NCBI GenBank assembly: GCA_019057475.1
Contig: DXJO01000037.1
Span: 1-21,340 of the forward strand
Source of the DNA: Candidatus Thorarchaeota archaeon
GTDB taxonomy: Archaea; Asgardarchaeota; Thorarchaeia; Thorarchaeales; Thorarchaeaceae
Direction of reading: 5' to 3'
Length of the DNA: 21,340 nt
Shown here: positions 1-7,439 of the stretch, in pieces
Numbering within the stretch: the stretch's first letter is position 1
Layout of the letters: each line of letters begins with the position of its first letter
The notes under the pieces: generated by a model
What the model saw: the letters and a program-made list of their open reading frames with translations, nothing else
What the model was told of the DNA's origin: nothing
Database searches by the model: none
Program-made: the position numbers and the translations under genes

Positions 1-2
1 TC

Positions 3-686
3 ATTTGCAAAGAGATAGGTTGTCCTGAGTTGATTGAACCTATTCCAAGACCCAAAGAAGTTTCAGCTATTAGACGACGTGACCTCTTGACTCCTAATGA
101 AATTGCTGCATTGTTGAGAGCCTGCAAAGACTTGTATGAACGTGCAATGATAGAATTACTAGTTGAGTCAGGCTGTAGGATTGGAGAGGTGCTTAGTCTT
201 AATGTCGAAGACATAACCACAGATGATAACTTCCTCTACGTGGATGTCATTGGTAAGACAGGCACTCGTCAAATTCCATTACTCAAAGATAATCTACCAA
301 GTTTTCAGTATCACTTGGTAATCCGTCTAAGTGGTCCAGTGTTCAACAGTAGTCGATATCCTGATAGACCAATCTCATATCGTGTTGTGCTTGATAAAAT
401 CGTGGACATCTTTCAGAGGGCTGGAGTCAAGAAACGTGCTAGAACAATCCACATCTTCAGGCATACCAAGGCAACGTATCTCATTGAACTAGGAGTTCCT
501 GAGAGTATCATCAAGAAGTTCATGGGATGGTCTGAAACTTCAGATACAATAACGAAGTACACCCATCTCACCAACAAGTCAGTCAAGGACTTCTTCAGCA
601 GGCTGTATGGTATTGATGAAGAACCTATTGAACCACTCTTCCCAGATGAAGAACGTAAGAGGATCAAGGAGATGTTCAAAGACTAG
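3..686 (+). CDS. Tyrosine recombinase/integrase (Xer/phage-integrase family), 5'-truncated by the window edge
   Basis: Catalytic motifs in order: GCRIGE (R), IGKTG (K), HIFRH (HxxR), MGW (H/W), KYTH (Y). The frame is open from position 3 (ICKEIGCPEL...), so the true start lies upstream. Confidence 0.95.
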   Translation: MCKEIGCPELIEPIPRPKEVSAIRRRDLLTPNEIAALLRACKDLYERAMIELLVESGCRIGEVLSLNVEDITTDDNFLYVDVIGKTGTRQIPLLKDNLPSFQYHLVIRLSGPVFNSSRYPDRPISYRVVLDKIVDIFQRAGVKKRARTIHIFRHTKATYLIELGVPESIIKKFMGWSETSDTITKYTHLTNKSVKDFFSRLYGIDEEPIEPLFPDEERKRIKEMFKD

Positions 687-919
687 TTTTCTATTACCTG
701 TGGTCCAGTACTGCGAGCAATTCTCTTAATAGAGCATTCTCCAAAGGATGCTAGAGGAGTGTGGAGTCTTATCGACTCCTGTTCATCTCTTTCAGTTACA
801 ATCCACCACCCACATTCTGGTCCCATACATGATTCCTTTACTAGTGGACATCTGGGTATTTTGCCTCTGTATACTTGGTGCCAGTTTGTTACGATGTTAT
901 ATTTGTCATCTTTACTCAT
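683..919 (-). CDS. Small Cys-rich hypothetical protein
   Basis: ORF from ATG 919 (MSKDDK) with CPLVKESCMGPECGWW...GECSI (4 Cys). Its stop overlaps the integrase stop (convergent). Confidence 0.6.
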   Translation of the reverse strand: MSKDDKYNIVTNWHQVYRGKIPRCPLVKESCMGPECGWWIVTERDEQESIRLHTPLASFGECSIKRIARSTGPQVIEN

Positions 920-1040
920 CACAATCAATCCTTATCTAAGTCGTTAGACGGTATTATCGCATATTACACAGTTGATCTGAAATAATCACTATTTATGCAC
1001 AATGTCTCAAGAAATCGTTGACATTTACAAATCCCAGAAT

Positions 1041-2117
1041 TCACGTGGGAGTTATCTTGACGAATCCAAAGCCAACGAACTCTGTTATCAAATCCATTGC
1101 CTTAGCGTCAAGTTTGTCTTTTTCAAAGGGGATGTAACCTATGTCACTGAAATCACTTGCAAGAGTCACCCTATCTTCTTTTAGTATCACAATCTTGTCA
1201 TACAGAATGGAGGCTGCACCAAGTTCATAAACCGCATTGTCACTTGGCCTCCAAATCTCCTTACCTTTTGCATCCAAGCACATCTCATCTGCTGTAAAGA
1301 TGATTATCGCTGATGTACACTCATGCATAAGGTCTGCAACTTTCTTCGAGATCGGACGACCCCCAAGTGGTTCGTCTATGGCAACCTTGTAAGGGACCCT
1401 GAACTTGTCAAGTATAGTCTTTAGTTGCTTCACAGGAATACGATTCTTACCATGAGCAACGAAAATCTGATTCTTCTTGGACGGTTCTGCTGTAGCCTTA
1501 GGAATCTGTTCTGTAACAGCCTCCTCAATCGATTCAGGTGGGACCTGAGTTTTTACTTTTGAAGAAACAGTTGGCCCTTCAAATGTAACATGCAAGGCAC
1601 CCTGACTCTCGAACAAAATACCAGCAAACTTGCCATTTGCTATTAGTTGATTGATGCAATCATCGAGAAACTTCTTTGGAATTTTGAAGTCGGTTTCCAA
1701 TGTATTCCTGAAGTAGGTGTCCTCTGCAGAAGGAAGACGCCCATCCCTATAGTACTCATATATCTTTTCGAACGCTTTGACGCTGAGCACAGCCTTCTGT
1801 CTGTCAAGTACTTCCTTCTCAGGCTTCACAGGTTTTGTAAGTGATTGACCTAACGGTGCCAAGGCTATTGTTGTTGCATTCCACGTTCCTTTGGTAATAG
1901 CGTACTTGTATGCCGAACTGGTAATATCTCTAAACTTTTGACTTCCTGCCTTCAACTTCATGTAGTCTGCAATGAATACAGGCTTCCATGGCTTCCCATT
2001 GTTGCCTTTCTGTATGGCTTGTGCTACCTTGAGTGCATCCTCAAGAGTATGATGTGGTATAGGTCTTTGGGGACTTCGCTTTTCCACTTTGGCAGTTCCT
2101 TTTGCTGAACCAGACAT
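1041..2117 (-). CDS. TIR-domain protein (Cap12/Pycsar-type TIR) with an uncharacterised, possibly wHTH-like, N-terminal domain
   Basis: C-terminal IFVAHG, AIIIFTADE, RPSDNAVYELG (putative catalytic Glu) and SDFSDIGYIPF match this TIR family. ATG 2117 (MSGSAK) is the likelier start than 2231. Confidence 0.85.
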   Translation of the reverse strand: MSGSAKGTAKVEKRSPQRPIPHHTLEDALKVAQAIQKGNNGKPWKPVFIADYMKLKAGSQKFRDITSSAYKYAITKGTWNATTIALAPLGQSLTKPVKPEKEVLDRQKAVLSVKAFEKIYEYYRDGRLPSAEDTYFRNTLETDFKIPKKFLDDCINQLIANGKFAGILFESQGALHVTFEGPTVSSKVKTQVPPESIEEAVTEQIPKATAEPSKKNQIFVAHGKNRIPVKQLKTILDKFRVPYKVAIDEPLGGRPISKKVADLMHECTSAIIIFTADEMCLDAKGKEIWRPSDNAVYELGAASILYDKIVILKEDRVTLASDFSDIGYIPFEKDKLDAKAMDLITEFVGFGFVKITPT

Positions 2118-2248
2118 TGTACATACCCAAAAGCAACTCCTAATGATTCGCAAATTAATGTTTCGACCAAACTCGCAGAGATTCATACCATCTAGAGTAT
2201 TGAAATCAAAGAGATGTTTGGGTAGGATCAATCCCTACCTTCTATATT

Positions 2249-2437
2249 TTATTCAAATGATTCAAGTTCAAGATAAACTGAACCTCTATTATTTCTGTAG
2301 AGTTTAAAGCGACCTGTAATCCTTTCACGTGTGTCTGCATTCTCTGCCGCTCTAATTAGGTCTGCAAACGCTTTGCTTGTTGCTTCTGTTACATTATCTG
2401 CATCCCGCGGTTCTCTTGTGCGTAGTCTTATCTTCAA
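2249..2437 (-). CDS. Small hypothetical protein
   Basis: 62-aa ORF co-oriented upstream of the TIR gene, with natural-looking composition and a GGAG upstream of the TTG start. Confidence 0.5.
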   Translation of the reverse strand: MKIRLRTREPRDADNVTEATSKAFADLIRAAENADTRERITGRFKLYRNNRGSVYLELESFE

Positions 2438-2571
2438 ATTTACTCAACTCCGTATTTTCATTCACGGCTTAAGGATAAGAAGATAGCATTTGTCCTTATC
2501 TATTTCTCAAATTCAATGCGGCAAAGAATGCCATTTTTGTACTAACATGACTGTCTATTCTGTGAGATACT

Positions 2572-2712
2572 ATGAAAGTCAAATGCCTAGACTGTGGACA
2601 TGTTGGAGAATCAGTAATTCCACCACCAAAAGGAAGCAAGTATGGGGAAGAATCTCAATCCATTCCAGCATGTGCTAAGTGCAAAAGTGGAAACATAACA
2701 AGATTGGAGTAG
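2572..2712 (+). CDS. 46-aa zinc-ribbon microprotein (not in ORF track)
   Basis: Manual translation MKVKCLDCGHVGESVIPPPKGSKYGEESQSIPACAKCKSGNITRLE*: two CxxC pairs, with a GTGAG RBS-like site upstream. Confidence 0.8.
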   Translation: MKVKCLDCGHVGESVIPPPKGSKYGEESQSIPACAKCKSGNITRLE

Positions 2713-2728
2713 ATTCATCGTTCAATCT

Positions 2729-3046
2729 CTAATCTCTAAGATTGCCGTATTCTGTTCCATCTGGCATAAACATTGTCTTACAAACATGACAATGAAGCCT
2801 CGTTGAACCAACAAGACTTCCAAGATAACCACATTTAGGACAATTTCCCATGCTACGTAATCTCTTCTGCTTTTTCATATACAACTCCCCAAATATCGTG
2901 AACTTGTTGAAACATTTAGGACATTTGAATCTGTAATTGCGACCTCGATTATCAGCAACTACTTTGGTCATCGGTTTACCCTGCAAAGGACACGTGGGAC
3001 ACCAATCACCTTCTTTCATGTGTGTTTTCCCATTGACAGTTATCAT
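2729..3046 (-). CDS. Double zinc-ribbon protein
   Basis: Four CxxC motifs (CPTC, CPKC, CPKC, CHVC) in 105 aa. Confidence 0.8.
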   Translation of the reverse strand: MITVNGKTHMKEGDWCPTCPLQGKPMTKVVADNRGRNYRFKCPKCFNKFTIFGELYMKKQKRLRSMGNCPKCGYLGSLVGSTRLHCHVCKTMFMPDGTEYGNLRD

Positions 3047-3156
3047 AATGATGAACCCTTTATTTGACGGTATCCTCTATGCTTATAAAAAACTCACTCC
3101 ACATAACTGAGCAATTCTCATAAGCAGCGTCTATTGGGTTAGGTAGAGGTTGTTCT

Positions 3157-3969
3157 TTGTATGATGTGATGATGGAATCCAAAGACTTCAAGGTATTCTT
3201 GGACTTCATGGACAGCAAAGATGCTACCTACTACATGAATTTCTGGGGTCACATGGACATTTCCATCCAGTGTGTTGCTAATGATGGACGTTATGTTGGA
3301 GAATTAATCACAAGTTATAGATTCAAATACACTTGCATTGAACCTCTCAGAATTTGCTTTGATTCAAAGACTAGAGAGGCACTCAGGAGGTCAAGTATTG
3401 GAGTCGAAAAGGTCACCATTGAAGGTTCAAATATCGTCCTTGGTGAAGACCAATACACCGTGATAAGTCGGTATATGAATGAACGATTGCCACCTATTAT
3501 TGAGGATACGACAGAGAGAATTCAAGAGATGACTCTTTTACTTAGTGAGTTTCGAAGAGCGGTCAACATTCTTCATAAAGAAAAGATACAACTTGCTAGA
3601 CTTCGTTTTCTTGTGAAGAGTCGATTATTGGAAGTTTCTACAACCACTGAACTATCGACTTCGTGGAGTTTCAGACTTCCTACATCTGATGTCTATTTTT
3701 CAGGTGAAGAACCTCAGGTGTATTTCGGACAGGAGGAGTATCCAGATCCTCCTCAGGTCATAGACTCGTACTATGACGTAAATGACCTTCTATGTGTGAT
3801 AGATGCAATGGAATATCACTATGGAAGAGAAATCGTGCTCTCACTGTCACTACTCCAAGATGACAGATTGCTCTTTGAATCAGATAATAAGAAAGGTACT
3901 CTCCATCATAGGTATAAGGAAGCTACTCTCACGCATAGGTGTATACTCAACAAAGCAGTCATAGAATAG
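3157..3969 (+). CDS. Divergent PCNA-like sliding clamp
   Basis: 270 aa. The pattern follows PCNA: FKVFLDFM, ISIQCVAND (cf. ISLQAMD), FKYTCIEPLRICFD (cf. FDEYECDEPxxIGV), LSEFRRAV, DSYYDVNDLL (cf. SSYSLEYL). By-eye match only. Confidence 0.6.
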   Translation: MYDVMMESKDFKVFLDFMDSKDATYYMNFWGHMDISIQCVANDGRYVGELITSYRFKYTCIEPLRICFDSKTREALRRSSIGVEKVTIEGSNIVLGEDQYTVISRYMNERLPPIIEDTTERIQEMTLLLSEFRRAVNILHKEKIQLARLRFLVKSRLLEVSTTTELSTSWSFRLPTSDVYFSGEEPQVYFGQEEYPDPPQVIDSYYDVNDLLCVIDAMEYHYGREIVLSLSLLQDDRLLFESDNKKGTLHHRYKEATLTHRCILNKAVIE

Positions 3970-4018
3970 AAATGTTACAAAGAATGCAACATTTGCTCTG
4001 CAAGGACTCACTGATGTA

Positions 4019-4207
4019 GAACACGCAATGCGTCCATCTGGGTGATGAGGTCCACTAGAGGAGCACGTCACAGGCAGAGGTGCACTAGGAGGTTGACGTC
4101 ACAGGCTCGATATCGGGAGTCTCTATAGGTGAAATATGGGCCACCCAATCAATACCTATTCACAAGATTTTACGTAGTAAAATCGTCCTCTGTGACTCCA
4201 CCGAATT
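4019..4207. repeat. Copy 1 of a ~190-bp non-coding module
   Basis: Shares GAACACGCAATGCGTCCAT (19/19), four GT(S)CAC(T)AG(G)-type units, ATCGGGAGT..CTATAG, CCTATTCAC and an 8-bp hairpin with 5171-5357. Confidence 0.85.
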
Positions 4208-4363
4208 CTATTCCTCGTCATTGAGTGGAATATCAACCACAAACGAATCAACATCAATTTCCCCATTCGTGATGTAAAGTTTTCCAGCAACGTCTTCATG
4301 ATTTGACACGAAGTGAGTATTTTCTGGACCCACCTTTACATTAGTAAACTTGACCTTAACCAT
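4208..4363 (-). CDS. 51-aa hypothetical microprotein
   Basis: ATG at 4363 (MVKVKFTNV...) is preceded by a perfect GGAGGTGA RBS. Confidence 0.7.
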   Translation of the reverse strand: MVKVKFTNVKVGPENTHFVSNHEDVAGKLYITNGEIDVDSFVVDIPLNDEE

Positions 4364-4394
4364 CTCTTCACCTCCTGTTACGTGTATCATAACA

Positions 4395-5100
4395 CAAGAT
4401 TTCTTCGGAATTACGTGTGGTGATATCTAAATCCGAGGAGTTCCTGTTTACTAACAGTCAGTCAAATGTGCTGATTCCACAAAATCTCCGATGACTGTTT
4501 TAGCAGAAGGAGTTGCTCCTCTCAATGGGCTAAGTTGTACTCCTTCTGCACCTTTTTCCCATCACCTTATAGAACTCCATACTTCGCCGTATTTCCGAAG
4601 AACACCTCGGTAACAGAGAGGAGCAACAAAGTTTAGCCCCTGTCCATGAATTGCGTTGATAATTCAGGAACCATAGGTTAACTGGATAACATATTTGGCA
4701 CAATTCCTAAGTTTCTCGTAACCTCAGGACGTCAGAAGTACACCTAATACTACTGACAAACTGATCCATATGAGATAAAGTACATCGTCTGATGTACTTG
4801 TTCAGTCACCTGAGTAATTCTTTACAAAGACACTGCTGTACTACTCATATGATATAACAAAGACACTGCACTACTAGGAGAAATCGGATGAATTCTTTAG
4901 AGGGAATATTTCCCTTGAAAATAATTCCCAGAAATTTATTAAACCTGAGGTCTCGCCATACTTAACTTTTGTGTATGACACTCCGCGAGACACCTAGACA
5001 AATTGGGTTGTTTCGAGGTCATACTTAAAGAGTGGGCTTTAACTTCGAAAAGACCTCCCACAAGAACACTTCCGAAATCCGAGTTGTCTTTGGTCGACGC
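4395..5100 (+). ncRNA. Candidate structured ncRNA domain(s) with pseudoknots
   Basis: Helices 4401-4415/4588-4602 (14/15), 4437-4443/4572-4578, 4453-4460/4492-4499, 4503-4513/4539-4549, 4778-4786/4791-4799, 4950-4956/4985-4991 and 4996-5009/5076-5089. G-U pairs favour +. No credible ORF. Confidence 0.55.
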
Positions 5101-5154
5101 AATGCGATACCCACGAGTTAATTGCCAACACTTCTTCAAATCCGCCTTTCCTCA

Positions 5155-5570
5155 ATACAAAGATGCTACTGAACACGCAATGCGTCCATATGTCGTCACT
5201 AGGAGGCTGAGGTGCACAGGAGCACGTCACAGGCACGTCCACTAGGAGAGATCAGTTCAAATCGGGAGTTCTATAGAGGTAAACTGCGCCATCCCAAATC
5301 ACTCCTATTCACTAAGTAATTTCCCTTGAAATTACGCCTCCTAGTAACCATCGATTTGTCGAAGACAAATCATCTGGTTACCTGGTGGACATCTTTGTGT
5401 CCTGTGTGTTAAGTGAATAGGGCTGCCGCAGTATGTATTACGAATTATTGGCACTAGCATCTTTGTGTCCACTCCTCTAAAGTCGAAGTATTAGCCCAAT
5501 AGATTCATCGGATTTACTGGGAGAACTTGTCTGTCACAACTGTAGAGAAACCCCCGATTTATTCCAGTGA
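5155..5570 (+). ncRNA. Candidate structured ncRNA (contains module copy 2)
   Basis: Nested helices 5259-5276/5540-5560, 5283-5288/5427-5432, 5304-5313/5412-5421, 5316-5323/5328-5335, 5344-5350/5375-5381, 5353-5360/5364-5371 and 5387-5392/5397-5402. G-U pairs favour +. Confidence 0.55.
5171..5357. repeat. Copy 2 of the ~190-bp non-coding module
   Basis: Collinear conserved blocks with 4019-4207. Confidence 0.85.
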
Positions 5571-5638
5571 TGTCCATGCTTTAGTACAGTCCTTCAATAA
5601 TTGTAGAGCCTTGTACTCCCAGCCAATTTAACTCAAGA

Positions 5639-5697
5639 TATGTCTCAAATAGTTGTAGAGTCATTCAACTATGTCTCAACTCGTGTGAGTCATTCAA
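5639..5697. repeat. Imperfect ~31-bp tandem duplication
   Basis: TATGTCTCAA...GAGTCATTCAA occurs twice (starts 5639 and 5670). Confidence 0.7.
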
Positions 5698-5715
5698 TCA
5701 CTCTTCAATTATCGT

Positions 5716-6219
5716 TCAAACTAGTAGCGGCTCACTCTCAAACTGGATATTATCTACTGAAATATGTAGGCAGTCTCCTCTCCTAATCCAAGGTTTCTCT
5801 TCATATGCAAGTTCAAATGCTTTGAATAGAAGTAGGGTCTTTAAATGACTATCAAGTGACGGTTCATGTACTTCATTGTGGCAGCTATTACAAAGAAGTG
5901 ATAATGTCCACGGTTGACCGTCACCATGTGAATATTGATTCTCTATGTGGTGAAGGCTTAGTTTCTGATAATTGAAGACTTCACTCTTGCCACAAAGAAC
6001 ACAATTCCTTCCATAGAGATTTCTGATGTGTAGTCTTTGAAATGTTGAAACATCACCTGCTCTATTTCCATGTTTATAATCTAATATTGAAAGAGGACGT
6101 TCTGACCACATCTTTGCCATTCTACGTGAATGTGATACTCTTTGTTCATATGTGAGTTTCATTTGCATCACTCTCTCAGTATCAATCTTTTCATTGCTCT
6201 TTTGAACCGTTTCAAACAC
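5716..6219 (-). CDS. HNH endonuclease-like protein (paralog 1)
   Basis: CVLCG...LHHI...LLCNSCHNEVH: Zn-binding HNH signature. The start may be a downstream ATG. Confidence 0.85.
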   Translation of the reverse strand: MFETVQKSNEKIDTERVMQMKLTYEQRVSHSRRMAKMWSERPLSILDYKHGNRAGDVSTFQRLHIRNLYGRNCVLCGKSEVFNYQKLSLHHIENQYSHGDGQPWTLSLLCNSCHNEVHEPSLDSHLKTLLLFKAFELAYEEKPWIRRGDCLHISVDNIQFESEPLLV

Positions 6220-6334
6220 TCCTTACTACAAAAGTAGAAGGTCTTGTCACCTACTTCATAATCTATGCTGCTTCGAATATTCACAGTCTTGCAACAGAAA
6301 TAGCAATCAACGATTACTACGTGTTGTCTTTGCA

Positions 6335-6802
6335 TTATATCACCTTCTTATCGACACTTGCTGTACTTGGTGCTATAGGCTGGACCTCTGAACTAATTGA
6401 TCGATTTGAAGGCATTGATTCTTCTGTAACCCCCATCAATCCCGTTAGATTCCCCTTAGAATAGGCTGTTACCTTGAACATCACGTCCTTTATAATCTCG
6501 TCAATGAATTCACTACAATCTTCATTTAGTCTGTATATTACCATAACAGCAATGAGGAAATCTCTTAGTCCTTTCTTTGTTAGGTCTTTGTAAGGAGTAC
6601 AAATCTTCCATCGCATCTGATATCTGTTGAATACAGGAGAACAAAATTTTGCTGATGGAGTGTAATAGCAATACACTCTAGGTCTCGGACCATGTCTGTA
6701 AAACAACATTGAACAGAACAGAAATTGTGCATCAAAGAAATCCTCTTCTATGAAGAATATTGATGATATGTATTTGATCCTATCTAATAACAAAGAATAC
6801 AC
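6335..6802 (-). CDS. Hypothetical protein
   Basis: 155-aa ORF co-oriented upstream of HNH 1. No motif recognised and the start is uncertain. Confidence 0.55.
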   Translation of the reverse strand: MYSLLLDRIKYISSIFFIEEDFFDAQFLFCSMLFYRHGPRPRVYCYYTPSAKFCSPVFNRYQMRWKICTPYKDLTKKGLRDFLIAVMVIYRLNEDCSEFIDEIIKDVMFKVTAYSKGNLTGLMGVTEESMPSNRSISSEVQPIAPSTASVDKKVI

Positions 6803-6809
6803 TTCCTAG

Positions 6810-7439
6810 CATTTGTCTTTGTGCTTACATTCAGTTTGACCTGCTCTTAGGCAGGTATGTTGAACTATGTGGGATTTACTGCCCTTCTAACCCGTTACAT
6901 TCTAGATTTGAAGGCCTTCACATCCCTGAAGACGTCCGCATTTTGTGAAGTGTAACAAAGTATATTGCAACTATCAGGACCCGATTCCCACTCCTTCTTC
7001 CGTAACTCGGAGAGTTTCTTACTATGTTTCTGAAGTTCCTCTTCAGACAAACTATCCCAATAACTAGTGCTTATCGGGTCGTTGGGTTGCAAATGCAACA
7101 ACTTTCTGTAAGAAAGTATGGCTGGCACAGAATTGTTTCCGTGAATACCATCATTCCAAGGTATCAAGGTCAAACTCAACGTAGCTGCCTACATCATTGC
7201 TAATCTCTCTTGTCCCAGTACGTTGTGAGAAGTCTATAGATTCTGGGAGGACTCGTATCCCAATTCTTCTTATAGAGGATCATCGCCAGCCAATGTATCC
7301 CCCAGTTGGCATTCATTTTTGCGACATCTGCTAACGCGTTACCATTCCGTTAGGACATACGGTATCACCCAGTTCGGTACTCAATTGCTAACGCATTAGC
7401 ACAAGTCACTCTACATCTGCTAAAGTATCGCTGTTAGCA
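6810..7439 (+). ncRNA. Candidate ~630-nt structured ncRNA
   Basis: Helices 6819-6825/7398-7404, 6824-6830/6867-6873, 6839-6844/6851-6856, 6894-6901/6949-6956, 6965-6972/7085-7092, 6978-6985/7073-7080, 7029-7035/7041-7047, 7101-7107/7111-7117 and 7119-7126/7285-7292. G-U pairs favour +. Confidence 0.55.

Noticed and set aside
2490-2678. 62-aa ORF in the track
   Set aside because: The overlapping frame 2572-2712 gives a far more convincing CxxC/CxxC protein.
4005-4055. Hammerhead ribozyme (CTGATG within nested stems)
   Set aside because: The core reads CTGATGT rather than CTGANGA, and there is no correctly placed GAAA.
4939-5245. Three overlapping short ORFs
   Set aside because: They overlap one another and carry no motifs, and the homologous frame in module copy 1 stops immediately (EHAMRPSG*).
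6895-7179. 94-aa ORF
   Set aside because: It has a TTG start, no recognisable motif, and lies wholly inside the helix-rich region, so it is likely spurious.
6810-7439. Group I/II intron, RNase P or SRP RNA
   Set aside because: I could not recognise a group II domain V, group I P7 consensus, RNase P GAGGAAAGTCC or SRP motif by eye, and no interrupted exon pair is evident. A covariance search is still needed.
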